64,000 nt of DNA from an uncultured Candidatus Binatia bacterium (GCA_965215605.1 OZ244070.1:1504001-1568000), one strand, 5' to 3'. Positions 9,192 to 19,431 are shown, counted from the first letter of the stretch. Notes: generated by a model not told the origin, from the letters alone. Made by a program: numbers and translations.

Positions 9192-9974
9192 ATGGCATCC
9201 TGCATCGACCTCGAAGCCAAGGACGGCGTTGCGTTCATCACCCTGAACAGGCCAGAGCGGCTCAACGCCATGAACGAGGAGATGTGGGCGGAGCTGGGGC
9301 GGGTGTGGGACGCGTTCGCGGCGGATCCGGCGGTTCGGGTGGCGGTGGTGAGCGGTGCCGGCGAGCGGGCGTTCTCCACCGGCATGGACCTGAAGGAGCG
9401 GGCGGTGGCGGGCGACCCCCGTGCGCGGGAGTTCTGGACGTCGGCGCTGGCCCGGGACCCGGGGCGCCGGGAGCCGGTGTGGAAGCCGATGATCGCGGCG
9501 GTGCACGGGTACTGTCTCGCCGGCGGCTTCGAGATCGCCCTTTCCTGCGACATCCGCATCTGCAGCGACGACGCCTCCTTCGGCCTGCCGGAGATCAAGC
9601 GCGGTTTCTTCCCGGGCAGCTCCGGCACCGTGCGGCTCCCCCGCCTCATGCCCTTGGGCAGGGCCCTGGAAATGCTCTACACCGGCGAGTCCATTTCCGC
9701 GGACGAAGCCTTCCGCTGCGGCCTGGTGAATCGGGTGGTGCCGCGGGACGAGCTGTTGCCGGCGGCGGAGAAGCTGGCCCGGTCCATCGCCGACGGGCCG
9801 CCGCTGGCGCTGCAGGCGGTCAAGGAGGTGGTGCTGCGGAGCCTCGACCTGCCGTTGGCCGACGCCATCCGCTTCGAGGCCGGGTTCCGCGCCATGGTGG
9901 GCGGTACCGAGGACGCCGGCGAGGGCCCCCGGGCCTTCAGCGAGAAGCGGCAGCCGCAGTACAAAGGGCGCTAG
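9192..9974 (+). CDS. Enoyl-CoA hydratase/isomerase family protein
   Basis: ITLNRPERLNA, FSTGMDLKE, AAVHGYCLAGGFE, FGLPEIKRG. Confidence 0.95.
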   Translation: MASCIDLEAKDGVAFITLNRPERLNAMNEEMWAELGRVWDAFAADPAVRVAVVSGAGERAFSTGMDLKERAVAGDPRAREFWTSALARDPGRREPVWKPMIAAVHGYCLAGGFEIALSCDIRICSDDASFGLPEIKRGFFPGSSGTVRLPRLMPLGRALEMLYTGESISADEAFRCGLVNRVVPRDELLPAAEKLARSIADGPPLALQAVKEVVLRSLDLPLADAIRFEAGFRAMVGGTEDAGEGPRAFSEKRQPQYKGR

Positions 9975-9994
9975 TGTCGCGGGAGAGGACCCCC

Positions 9995-11623
9995 ATGTAC
10001 CAGGACCTCCGGGAATATCTCCAGTTGCTGGACCGCCAGGGCCTGCTCATGCGGGTAGCCGCCCCGGTGGACAAGGACACGGAGTTGCATCCGCTGGTGC
10101 GCTGGCAGTTCCTGGGATTGCCGGACCACCAGCGCAGGGCGTTCCTGTTCGACAACGTGACCGACGCCAAGGGCCGGCGGTACGAGACCCCGGTGGTGGT
10201 GGGAGCGCTGGCGTCCAACGAGGCCATCTACGCCCTGGGCATGGGCTGCGAGCCCGGCAAGAGCTTCGAGAAGTGGTCCGCGGCGGTGGCCGCGCCACTG
10301 GCGCCGGAGCTGGTGGACACCGGCCCGGTCAAGGAGGAGATCCACGTCGGCGACGGTCTCCTGGAGCACGGCGGCCTGGACGAATTCCCGGTGCCCATCT
10401 CGACGCCGGGGTTCGACAACGGCCCCTACTTCACCGCCTGCCACTGGATCACCAAGGACCCGGAGACCGGCATCCGGAACGTCGGCAACTACCGCGGCCA
10501 GATCAAGTCCCCCGCAAAGACCGGCGTCTACCTCATCAGCGCCCAGCAGGATCTGGCCATCCACTGGAACAAGGCCAGCGCCCTGGGGCAGCCCCTCCCC
10601 GCCGCCGGGGTCATCGGCGCGGTGCCCTGCCTCTCCTACGTGGCGGTGCAGAAGATCGCCTACGGGGTGGACGAACTGGGCGTGGCCGGCGCCATCCTGG
10701 GCCGGCCTATGGAACTGGTCAAGTGCGAGACCGTGGACCTGGAGGTGCCGGCCAACGCGGAGATCGTCATCGAGGGCTACATCCGCACGGATCTGCTCGA
10801 GCCCGAGGGCCCCTTCGGCGAGTCCCACGGCTACATGGACCCGCGCAGCCTGAGTCCGGTGTTCGAGGTGACCTGCATCACCCACCGGAGGAACCCCCAC
10901 TACGTGGGCGTGCTGAGCCAGGTAACGCCCAGCGAGAGCAGCAAGATCAAGCACCGGGGCTGGGAGTCGCTGGTGCTGGACCACCTGCGCAACCACTGCA
11001 GCCTCAAGAGCGTGGTGCGGGTGGGCATGCACGAGCCCTTGGTGAACCTGCGCCAGTTCGTGGTGGTGCAGATGCGCAAGACCCACAAGCTCGAGCCCTG
11101 GCAGGCGATGATGGCGGTGCTGGGTTTCCGCTACGACCTCGGCAAGGTGGTGATCGCGGTGGACGACGACATCGACCCCGAGAACTTCGCAGCGGTCAAC
11201 TGGGCCATCTGCCACCGCTCGCAGCCGCACAAGGACGTGCGCATCATCGAGGGCCGCCAGACCGTGCATTCGCCCATCAACCTGGTGCGCATGCACGGCC
11301 ACGCCGGCGACTACGACAGCGAGGACTCGTCACTCCTCATCGACGCCACCAAAAAGGCCGAGTTCCCGCCGGTGTCGCTGCCCACCCGGGAGTACATGGA
11401 GCGGGCGCGGAAGCTGTGGGACGAACTCGGCATGCCGGAGCTGAAATACGGCAACCCGTGGCACGGTTATTCCCTGGGCCTGTGGCCGTCGGAGCTCGAC
11501 GAGGAAGCGGCCCTGGCGGTCAAGGGCGAGCACCACCGCACCGGCGCCAAGCTGGACGAGCGCGCCGTCCCGGTGGAGCGCGGCGAGCGCCTGCAGGACG
11601 TGCAGAAGCGATGGAAGCCGTAG
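9995..11623 (+). CDS. UbiD family (prFMN-dependent) decarboxylase
   Basis: Start MYQDLREYL at 9995; RNVGNYRGQ, VPANAEIVIEG, EGPFGE catalytic motif, VDDDID. Confidence 0.92.
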   Translation: MYQDLREYLQLLDRQGLLMRVAAPVDKDTELHPLVRWQFLGLPDHQRRAFLFDNVTDAKGRRYETPVVVGALASNEAIYALGMGCEPGKSFEKWSAAVAAPLAPELVDTGPVKEEIHVGDGLLEHGGLDEFPVPISTPGFDNGPYFTACHWITKDPETGIRNVGNYRGQIKSPAKTGVYLISAQQDLAIHWNKASALGQPLPAAGVIGAVPCLSYVAVQKIAYGVDELGVAGAILGRPMELVKCETVDLEVPANAEIVIEGYIRTDLLEPEGPFGESHGYMDPRSLSPVFEVTCITHRRNPHYVGVLSQVTPSESSKIKHRGWESLVLDHLRNHCSLKSVVRVGMHEPLVNLRQFVVVQMRKTHKLEPWQAMMAVLGFRYDLGKVVIAVDDDIDPENFAAVNWAICHRSQPHKDVRIIEGRQTVHSPINLVRMHGHAGDYDSEDSSLLIDATKKAEFPPVSLPTREYMERARKLWDELGMPELKYGNPWHGYSLGLWPSELDEEAALAVKGEHHRTGAKLDERAVPVERGERLQDVQKRWKP

Positions 11624-11656
11624 TGTCCTGGCTCGCGGATACGTGCACCCGGCGCG

Positions 11657-12406
11657 ATGGAGCTTGACGGCACCCTGGCCCTGGTGGCCGCGGCCATCTT
11701 CTTCGCGGGCTTCGTCAAGGGCGCCGCCGGCATGGGCTTTCCGCTCATTGCCACCCCCATGCTGACGCTGCTGCTCGACATCCGCATGGCCATCGTCGTG
11801 CTGGTGCTGCCCAGCGTGGTGATGGACCTGAGCCAGATCTTTCGCCACGGCGTCCCCACCGCCATCTTCCGGCGCTTCTCGTCCATGTTCCTGTTCGCGT
11901 TGGCGGGCGTGTTCCTCGGCACCTGGGAGCTGACCCAGCTCCCCCTGTGGGTGTTGAACCTCATCCTGGGAACGGTGGTGATCCTCTTCGCGGGTTCCGG
12001 GCTATTCTCGTTCACCCTCACCACCTCGCCAAGGGCGGAACCGGTCATGTCCCCGGTCATGGGGTTCGCCGGCGGCTTCTTCCTGGGACTGACCAACACC
12101 ATGGGTCCGGTCATGGCCCTCTATCTGCACGGGTTGAAACTCGACAAGGCCGACTTCGTGAAGGCCATCTCCACCGCCTTCATCATGGCCAAGTTCTGGC
12201 AGATCGTGGCCATCTCCACCTGGGGCCTGTTCACCATCGAGGCCATGAAGCTCTCGCTGTTCGTCACCGCGTTCATTCTCGTGAGCTTCTACCTGGGCCT
12301 GAAGGCGCAGGACCGGATCCGCCAACAGACGTTCAACCGGGGCATCCTGGCGCTGCTGATCTGCACCGGGCTGATGCTGGTCTACCGCGCCCTGAACGCC
12401 CCGTAG
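11657..12406 (+). CDS. TauE/SafE family sulfite exporter
   Basis: About 8 hydrophobic segments; AGFVKGAAGMGFP, GGFFLGLTNTMGP. Confidence 0.85.
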   Translation: MELDGTLALVAAAIFFAGFVKGAAGMGFPLIATPMLTLLLDIRMAIVVLVLPSVVMDLSQIFRHGVPTAIFRRFSSMFLFALAGVFLGTWELTQLPLWVLNLILGTVVILFAGSGLFSFTLTTSPRAEPVMSPVMGFAGGFFLGLTNTMGPVMALYLHGLKLDKADFVKAISTAFIMAKFWQIVAISTWGLFTIEAMKLSLFVTAFILVSFYLGLKAQDRIRQQTFNRGILALLICTGLMLVYRALNAP

Positions 12407-12474
12407 CGGCTCGAGGTTTCCGCTTCTTCCGCCATCGGGAAACACTTTCCCGCCGAACCACGGTACGACCTCCC

Positions 12475-12501
12475 CGTCACCCCGGACTCGATCCGGGGGC
12501 C
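12475..12501 (+). repeat. CGTC-type REP-like palindrome
   Basis: CGTCA-CCCCGGA-CTCGA-TCCGGGG-GCC; same architecture as the copies at 15396 and 48676. Confidence 0.55.
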
Positions 12502-12595
12502 TTGCGTGACATCCCCGCCCGTTATCTGCTAAGGAAAACCTTCGAAGAGCGGACCCCGACCCGGAGCTGGACCAGCCGTAGCGGACATACGACTC

Positions 12596-14029
12596 ATGCA
12601 GGCTTTCGACTACGACGTCATCGTCATCGGCAGCGGCCCCGCGGGCTACACCGCCGCCGTTCAGGCGTGCGAACTCGGCGCCAGGGTCGCCGTTCTCGAG
12701 CGGCAGGACACCCTGGGCGGCATCACTCTCCTTTCGGGCACCATCCCCAGCAAGACCTTGCGCGAGGCCATCATCTACCTTCGAGGGGTCCGCCAACGCC
12801 CCTTTTACGGCACCGATTTCACCGAAAAGAAAGACATTACCCTCTCGGACCTGTTCATCCGGGTGCGGAAAGTGGTGGAACGGCGGGTGGCGACCATGGA
12901 CGACCGGCTGCGGGTCTACCGCGAGCGAAACCGGATCGATGTCTTCCGCGGCTACCACGCGACCCTGGACGGGCCCAACTCGGTGCACGCCTGGGTGCTC
13001 AAGAACCCCATGGAGTCCATCACCCTGAAGGCGGAGAAGATCATCATCGCCGCGGGCTCGAGGCCCCGCTTCACGCCCGACATACCCATCGACAACGAAG
13101 TCATTTTCGACTCCGACTCCGTGTTCACCCTGGAGTTCAAGCGCAAGGCGCTGCCCGAGTCGCTGATCGTCGTCGGCGCGGGGGTCATCGGAGCGGAATA
13201 CGGCTCGGCGTTCGCGGTTCTGGGCTGCAAGGTATCGCTGATCCAGCGTGACCACACTTTCCTGACGTTCGCCGAGCGTTCCATCGTCGACATGCTGATC
13301 CGGCGCATGGAGGACTACGGCGTGGAGTTCGTCTGGGGCGCCTGGTACGACAAGATCGAGCGGATGTCCGGCCGGGAGGAAAAGGCGCGGGTCTCGCTTG
13401 CCGACGGCCGGGTGCTCGAGGCGGACGCGGTGATCATCGCCAGCGGACGCGAGGTGGCCGTCAAGGTCCTGGGCCTGGAGGACGTGGGGGTGGAGACCAC
13501 CGAGCACGGGCTCATCAAGGTCAACGAGCTGTTCCAGACGTCGGTGCCCAGCATCTATGCCGCCGGCGACGTGGTCGGCTTCCCGGCGCTGGCCTCCACC
13601 AGCAGCGAGCAGGGCCGCATGGCCGCCAACTACGCGCTGGGACGCCGCGCGGGCGGACGCAGGACGCTGTTCCCCATGTGCGTCTACACCATCCCCGAGA
13701 TCGCCATGGTGGGCTACACCCAGCAGGAACTGGAAGCCAAGGGCATCCCTTACGCCAAGGGCGTAGCCACCTACGAGGAGGTCACCAAGGCCGGCATCAT
13801 CGGCGACTCGCACGGCATGCTCACCCTGCTGTTCGAGCCCAACAGCGGACACTTGCTCGGGGTGCACATCATCGGCGACCAGGCCTGCGAACTGATTCAC
13901 ATCGGGCAGGCGGTGCTGAGCTACAACGGCACCATCGACTACTTCATCGACAATGTGTTCAACTTTCCGACCATGGGGGAGTCCTACAAGATCGCGGCCC
14001 TGAACGGGGTGAAGGAGCTGGGCGCCTGA
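12596..14029 (+). CDS. sthA: Soluble pyridine nucleotide transhydrogenase-like flavoprotein
   Basis: GSGPAG, GTIPSKTLRE, GAGVIGAEY, AAGDVVGFPALASTSSEQGR, YTIPEI, C-terminal FNFPTMGESYKIAALN. Confidence 0.85.
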   Translation: MQAFDYDVIVIGSGPAGYTAAVQACELGARVAVLERQDTLGGITLLSGTIPSKTLREAIIYLRGVRQRPFYGTDFTEKKDITLSDLFIRVRKVVERRVATMDDRLRVYRERNRIDVFRGYHATLDGPNSVHAWVLKNPMESITLKAEKIIIAAGSRPRFTPDIPIDNEVIFDSDSVFTLEFKRKALPESLIVVGAGVIGAEYGSAFAVLGCKVSLIQRDHTFLTFAERSIVDMLIRRMEDYGVEFVWGAWYDKIERMSGREEKARVSLADGRVLEADAVIIASGREVAVKVLGLEDVGVETTEHGLIKVNELFQTSVPSIYAAGDVVGFPALASTSSEQGRMAANYALGRRAGGRRTLFPMCVYTIPEIAMVGYTQQELEAKGIPYAKGVATYEEVTKAGIIGDSHGMLTLLFEPNSGHLLGVHIIGDQACELIHIGQAVLSYNGTIDYFIDNVFNFPTMGESYKIAALNGVKELGA

Positions 14030-14050
14030 ACGGGCCCATGGCGGCAATGG

Positions 14051-14064
14051 AATGGAATTCCATT
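14051..14064. promoter_or_regulatory. Perfect 14-bp palindrome, candidate transcription-factor operator of the Liv-type operon
   Basis: AATGGAATTCCATT in an AT-rich intergenic region about 105 bp upstream of the binding-protein gene. Confidence 0.45.
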
Positions 14065-14169
14065 TCAGAACCCTTTGATTCGAAATGTGAATGTGCATAT
14101 GAATGAGCCTATGATTGGATCAGTCTAGCCAAGTGAACCCAGGTACATCGAACTCGAAAGGAGCGAGCC

Positions 14170-15360
14170 ATGAGAAAGCTGATTCCCGGTATCCTGTTTG
14201 TCTTCGTATCCGTGTATGCGACCACGGCCCTTGGAGCCGACGTCAAGTTGGGCGTGGTGTTGGGTTATACCGGACCCATCGAGTCGCTGACCCCCCACAT
14301 GGCAGCCGGCGCCGAGCTTGCGATGAAGGAAGTCAGTGACAGCGGCGCGTTGCTCGGCGGCGCGAAGGTCGTCTCCGTGCGAGCCGATTCCACCTGCGGC
14401 GACTCCGCCGCCGGGTCTGCGGCGACGGAGCGGATCGTGACCTCCGACAAGGTGAACGCCATCGTCGGCGGGGACTGCTCGGGCGTCACCACCGCCATGC
14501 TCAAGAACGTGGCCAAGCCCAACGGCGTCGTGATGATCTCGCCGTCGGCCACGTCCCCGAGCCTGTCCACCGTCGAGGACAACGGCCTCTTCTTCCGGAC
14601 CGCTCCCTCGGATGCCCGCCAGGGCATGATCGTCGCCGACATCCTGAAGGAGATGGGAATCAAGGAAGCCGCGCTGACCTACACCAACAACGACTACGGC
14701 AAGGGTCTGGCGGACAGCATCGCCGCCAACGTGAAGAAGGGCGGCGGCAAGATCACGATCTCGGCGCCCCATGAGGACGGCAAGGGCGACTACAGCGCCG
14801 AGGTGGCTGCGTTGGCCGCCGCGGGCGGCGACATCCTGATCGTGGCCGGCTACCTCGACCAAGGCGGCAAGGGCATCATCCAGGGCGCCCTCGACACCGG
14901 CGCCTTCGACAAGTTCTACCTGCCCGACGGCATGATCGGCGACCAGCTGGTGGAGGCCATCGGCAAGGGTCTGGAAGGCGCCATCGGCGCCCACCCCGGC
15001 ACGGACAGTCCGGGGAAGGCCAAGTTCGACAAGATCGCCGAGGCGGCCAAGGTCAAGTCGGACAGCGCGTTCGTGGGCGAATCCTATGACGCGGCCGCAC
15101 TGATCATGCTCGCCATGCAGGCGGCGAAGTCGGCCGAAAGCGGCAAGCTCAAGGACAAGGTCATGATGGTGGCCAACGCGCCGGGCGAGAAGATCTATCC
15201 GGGCGAGCTGGCCAAGGCGCTCAAGATCCTCGCCGGCGGCGGCGACGTGGACTATGTCGGCGCCTCGGCGGTAGAGCTCATCGGACCGGGCGAGAGCGCC
15301 GGCAACTACCGCCAGATCGTGGTCAAGGGCGGCAAGATCACCACCGTCAAGTACCGGTAG
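14170..15360 (+). CDS. Branched-chain amino acid-type (HAAT) ABC substrate-binding protein
   Basis: Signal peptide; SPSATSP, FFRTAPSD, NDYGKGL, YDAA; followed by a livG/F/H/M-like set. Confidence 0.92.
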   Translation: MRKLIPGILFVFVSVYATTALGADVKLGVVLGYTGPIESLTPHMAAGAELAMKEVSDSGALLGGAKVVSVRADSTCGDSAAGSAATERIVTSDKVNAIVGGDCSGVTTAMLKNVAKPNGVVMISPSATSPSLSTVEDNGLFFRTAPSDARQGMIVADILKEMGIKEAALTYTNNDYGKGLADSIAANVKKGGGKITISAPHEDGKGDYSAEVAALAAAGGDILIVAGYLDQGGKGIIQGALDTGAFDKFYLPDGMIGDQLVEAIGKGLEGAIGAHPGTDSPGKAKFDKIAEAAKVKSDSAFVGESYDAAALIMLAMQAAKSAESGKLKDKVMMVANAPGEKIYPGELAKALKILAGGGDVDYVGASAVELIGPGESAGNYRQIVVKGGKITTVKYR

Positions 15361-15395
15361 CCATCGTAGCGGGCGGGCGGATGCGGTCCCGAACT

Positions 15396-15497
15396 CGTCA
15401 TTCCCGCGAACGCGGGAATCCAGGTGGGGCGGGGGGACGCTGCAGGGACGCTTCCCCTGCCCCACCTCACACGGATTACCGCGTTCGCGGGAATGAC
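15396..15497. repeat. Inverted pair of CGTC-type REP-like palindromes enclosing a second hairpin
   Basis: CGTCATTCCCGCGAACGCGGGAATCCAG (15396-15423) and GGATTACCGCGTTCGCGGGAATGAC (15473-15497), with inner arms AGGTGGGGCGGGGGGA / TTCCCCTGCCCCACCT. Confidence 0.85.
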
Positions 15498-15574
15498 ATC
15501 CGCGAGCATCCGCCGGAGATCGCGGGGCCTGGATTCCTGCCACCTCCGGCGGCCGGGCGGAGGTCCACGCGTCG

Positions 15575-16357
15575 ATGATCGCCGTAGAAGACCTGCACAT
15601 GCACTTCGGCGGCATCCGGGCCGTCGACGGCGCGTCTCTCACCATCGAACGCGGCAGCATCACCGGGCTCATCGGCCCCAACGGGGCCGGCAAGACCACC
15701 CTCTTCAACGTCATCGCCGGTGTCCACAAGCCCACTTCCGGCAAGGTCTACCTCGAAGGCGAAGACGTCACCGGGCTCACGCCTCACGAGCTCTTCTCGA
15801 AAGGCGTGCTCCGCACCTTTCAGATCGCCCACGAATTCTCCACGCTGACGGTCCGCGAAAACCTCATGACCGTACCGGCGGGCCAGTCGGGCGAAAGCCT
15901 GCTGGACGTGTGGTTCCGGCCCGGCAGGATCCGCGCGCAGGAGGAGACCATCCGCGCCCGCGCCGACGAGGTCATCGACTTTCTGAAGCTCGAGCCGGTG
16001 GCGGGGGAGCTGGCCGGAAACCTCTCGGGAGGGCAGAAAAAGCTGCTGGAGCTGGGCCGCACCATGATGGCCGAACCCCGTGTGGTGCTGCTCGACGAAG
16101 TGGGCGCGGGCGTCAACCGGACGCTGTTGAAGGACATCGCCGGCGCCATTCTGCGCCTCAACCTCCACCACGGCTACACCTTCTGCATCATCGAGCACGA
16201 CATGGACCTGATCTCGCTCCTGTGCGATCCGGTCATCGTCATGGCCGAGGGCAAGGTGCTGATGCAGGGCCCTGCGCCCGAGGTGCGCTCCGACGAGCGT
16301 GTCATCGACGCCTACCTGGGCCGCGGGCTGGTGACCCGGGAGGAGCGGACCTCATGA
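15575..16357 (+). CDS. livG: HAAT ABC transporter ATP-binding protein
   Basis: GPNGAGKTT, RTFQ, LSGGQKK, LLDE, IEHD. Confidence 0.92.
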   Translation: MIAVEDLHMHFGGIRAVDGASLTIERGSITGLIGPNGAGKTTLFNVIAGVHKPTSGKVYLEGEDVTGLTPHELFSKGVLRTFQIAHEFSTLTVRENLMTVPAGQSGESLLDVWFRPGRIRAQEETIRARADEVIDFLKLEPVAGELAGNLSGGQKKLLELGRTMMAEPRVVLLDEVGAGVNRTLLKDIAGAILRLNLHHGYTFCIIEHDMDLISLLCDPVIVMAEGKVLMQGPAPEVRSDERVIDAYLGRGLVTREERTS

Positions 16358-17058
16358 GCTTCCTGGTGGGCGAGGATCTGACCGGAGGCTACGGCGGCCC
16401 GGACATCCTGCAAGGCTGCGCCATCGCTGCGGAGCGCGGCGAGATCACCGTGGTGGTGGGTCCCAACGGCGCCGGCAAGTCAACGGCCATGAGGGCGCTC
16501 TTCGGCATGCTGAACCTTCGTTCGGGGACGGTGCGGCTGGACGGCGAGGACATCACCGCGCTGGCGCCCCAGGCGCGGGCCCACAAGGGCATGGGCTTCG
16601 TGCCGCAGACGGACAACGTGTTCCGCTCCATGACCGTCCAGGAAAACCTGGAGATGGGAGCGTTCGTCCGGGACGACGACATCTCGGGCACTCTGGACGA
16701 GGTCTACGGCCTGTTCCCGGCCCTCAGGGACAAGCGCCGCCAGCCGGCGGGCGAGCTGTCCGGCGGCCAGCGCCAGCAGGTGGCCATCGGCCGGGCGCTG
16801 ATGAACCGGCCCCGGGCGCTCATGCTCGACGAGCCCAGCGCCGGCGTTTCGCCCATCGTCACCCGCGAGCTGTTCGAACGCATTCTCGACATATCCCGCA
16901 GCGGCGTCGCCGTCCTCATCGTGGAGCAGAACGCCCGCCAGGCCCTGGAGCTGGCGGACAAGGGCTACGTGCTGGTGCAGGGGCGCAACCGCTTTACCGG
17001 AACCGGGCAGATGCTGCTGGCAAACCCCGAGGTCCGGAAATCGTTTCTCGGGGGATGA
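16354..17058 (+). CDS. livF: HAAT ABC transporter ATP-binding protein
   Basis: Start MSFLVGEDL with ATGA overlap; GPNGAGKST, LSGGQRQ, LDEPSAG, VEQN. Confidence 0.92.
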   Translation: MSFLVGEDLTGGYGGPDILQGCAIAAERGEITVVVGPNGAGKSTAMRALFGMLNLRSGTVRLDGEDITALAPQARAHKGMGFVPQTDNVFRSMTVQENLEMGAFVRDDDISGTLDEVYGLFPALRDKRRQPAGELSGGQRQQVAIGRALMNRPRALMLDEPSAGVSPIVTRELFERILDISRSGVAVLIVEQNARQALELADKGYVLVQGRNRFTGTGQMLLANPEVRKSFLGG

Positions 17059-17062
17059 CGGG

Positions 17063-18076
17063 TTGGAAGACGTCGTCAACGCGGTCGTGCTCGTCACCAA
17101 TTTCCTGGTGGTCCCCGCCACCGCCTACGGCTGCCAGCTTGCCCTTGGCGCGCTGGGCGTAACGCTGGTGTACGGCGTCCTGCGCTTTTCCAACTTCGCC
17201 CAGGGCGAGACCATGTCGTTCGGCGCCATGGTCACGATCCTGTTCACCTGGCTGCTGCAGTCCTGGGGGGTGGGTCTCGGGCCGCTGCCCACGGCGCTGT
17301 TGGCGCTGCCCCTGGGAATGGCGGTGACCGCCGGTCTCTGCCTGCTGACGGACCGCTGGGTGTTCCGGTTCTACCGGCGCACCAAGGCGCCGCCCGTCAT
17401 GTTGCTGGTGGTGTCCGTGGGGCTCATGTTCGTCATCAACGGGCTCATCCGCTTCGTCATCGGCCCCGCCGACCGGGTGTTCACCGACGGCACCCGCTTC
17501 CTGCTCACGGTGCGGGAGTTCAAGGCCTTCACCGGGTTGTCGGAGGGCCTTGCCATCAAGACCACCCAGACCCTCAGCGTGGTGGTGGCGGTGGTGCTGG
17601 TGGCGGCGCTCTTCTGGTTCCTCGAGAGGACGCGCACCGGCAAGTCCATGCGCGCCTATTCGGACAACGAGGATCTGGCGCTGTTGTCAGGGGTGAGCCC
17701 GGAGAAGGTGGTGGCGGTCACATGGCTGATCGTCGGCGCCCTGGCGGCGGTGGCGGGAACGCTCTACGGCCTCGACAAGAGCTACAAGCCGTTCACGTTC
17801 CTGTCGCTGCTGCTGCCCATCTTCGCCGCCGCCATCGTCGGCGGCCTGGGCAACCCGCTGGGCGCCATCGTCGGCGGTTTCGTGGTGGCTTTCTCCGAAG
17901 TGTTCCTGACGTACCCCTACCGGAAGTTCCTGGCCTATCTGGGGCCGGAGGGCTGGCGCCCCGACGGTCTGGTGCAGTTCCTTTCCACCGACTACAAGTT
18001 CGCCGTGTCGTTCTTCATCCTGGTGGTGGTGCTGCTGGTGAAGCCCACCGGGGTCTTCAGCGGGAAGTCGTCATGA
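17063..18076 (+). CDS. livH: HAAT ABC transporter permease
   Basis: GVTLVYGVLRFSNFAQG, GKSMRA, AAIVGGLG; TTG start. Confidence 0.9.
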   Translation: MEDVVNAVVLVTNFLVVPATAYGCQLALGALGVTLVYGVLRFSNFAQGETMSFGAMVTILFTWLLQSWGVGLGPLPTALLALPLGMAVTAGLCLLTDRWVFRFYRRTKAPPVMLLVVSVGLMFVINGLIRFVIGPADRVFTDGTRFLLTVREFKAFTGLSEGLAIKTTQTLSVVVAVVLVAALFWFLERTRTGKSMRAYSDNEDLALLSGVSPEKVVAVTWLIVGALAAVAGTLYGLDKSYKPFTFLSLLLPIFAAAIVGGLGNPLGAIVGGFVVAFSEVFLTYPYRKFLAYLGPEGWRPDGLVQFLSTDYKFAVSFFILVVVLLVKPTGVFSGKSS

Positions 18077-19431
18077 GTGACGGTGACGGTCACAGGCCGT
18101 TTTCCGCTCGCGTCGGCCGGGCGCTGCAGACCCCCCGCAAGCCGGTCCTGCTCGCCGCCATGGCGGCCCTCATCTGCCTCGTGGGCGTGGTCCAGAGCTG
18201 GTCGCTGGCTCTGGCGATCCTGAACCTGTGCCTGATTTCGGCCATCATGACCCTGGGCGTGAACATCCAGTGGGGCTACGCCGGGCTGTTCAACGCCGGG
18301 GTGATGGGTTTCGCCGCCCTGGGCGGGCTGGCAGGCGTGCTGGTCTCCATGCCGCCGGTAGGGCCGGCCTGGCAGGCGGGAGGCACGGGCGTGGTGCTGG
18401 CGCTGGCGATGGCGGCGACCGCCATCGTGGCCGCGGTGCTGGTCTACCGCCGGATGCGCCACCCGGGGTACCGAAAGTTGGCGGTGACGCTTGTGGTCGT
18501 CATCGGATACTTCGCGGCCCGGACGCTGTTCGAGCCGGCGGTGCACGCCATCGAAGCGGTAGACCCGTCCGTGACCGGCTACCTGGGCGGTTTCGGCCTG
18601 CCCATCGTCCTCTCGTGGTTCGTGGGCGGCGCGCTGGCGGCGGGCGCCGCCTGGGCCGCCGGCAAGATCAGTCTCGGGCTGCGCGCCGACTATCTCGCCA
18701 TCGCCACCCTGGGCATCTCCGAGATCATCGTCGCGTTCCTCAAGTACGAGGAGTGGCTCGCCCGGGGCGTCAAGAACGTCACCGGCCTGCCGCGTCCGGT
18801 ACCCTACGAGGTGGACTTGCAGAACGCCCCGTGGTTCCGGGAATGGGCGGTGAGCCTCGGCGTGTCGCAGGTGGACCTTTCCTCCATCGTGGTGAAGCTT
18901 TGCTACGCGGGCCTCTTCGTGCTGGTGCTGGCGGTCCTGATGTGGCTCTCCGAAGCGGCCCTCCGGGCGCCCTGGGGGCGGATGATGCGGGCCATCCGTG
19001 ACAACGAGACCGCGGCCGAGGCCATGGGCAAGGATGTCACCGCCCGGCACCTGCAGGTCTTCGTGCTCGGCTCGGCGGTGATCGGCATCGCCGGCGCCAT
19101 GCTGGCGACCCTCGACGGGCAGTTCACGCCCAACACCTACCATCCGCTGCGCTTCACCTTCCTCATCTGGGTCATGGTCATCGTCGGCGGCTCCGGCAAC
19201 AACTGGGGCGCCGTCCTGGGCGGCTTCGTGGTGTGGTACTTCTGGGTGGAAGCCGAGCCCATGGGCCTATGGCTGATGGAGTTCATCACCTCGCCTCTGG
19301 CCGCGGACAGCCCGGTCCGGAGCCATCTGATGGCAAGCGCCGCACACATGCGACCGGTGGTCATGGGACTGGTGCTGCTGCTCGTCCTGCGCTTCGCGCC
19401 CCGCGGCTTGATACCGGAAGAACGGCGTTAG
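18073..19431 (+). CDS. livM: HAAT ABC transporter permease
   Basis: ATGA overlap; NIQWGYAGL, DYLAIATLG, GRMMRAIRDNE, VGGSG. Confidence 0.9.
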   Translation: MSDGDGHRPFSARVGRALQTPRKPVLLAAMAALICLVGVVQSWSLALAILNLCLISAIMTLGVNIQWGYAGLFNAGVMGFAALGGLAGVLVSMPPVGPAWQAGGTGVVLALAMAATAIVAAVLVYRRMRHPGYRKLAVTLVVVIGYFAARTLFEPAVHAIEAVDPSVTGYLGGFGLPIVLSWFVGGALAAGAAWAAGKISLGLRADYLAIATLGISEIIVAFLKYEEWLARGVKNVTGLPRPVPYEVDLQNAPWFREWAVSLGVSQVDLSSIVVKLCYAGLFVLVLAVLMWLSEAALRAPWGRMMRAIRDNETAAEAMGKDVTARHLQVFVLGSAVIGIAGAMLATLDGQFTPNTYHPLRFTFLIWVMVIVGGSGNNWGAVLGGFVVWYFWVEAEPMGLWLMEFITSPLAADSPVRSHLMASAAHMRPVVMGLVLLLVLRFAPRGLIPEERR

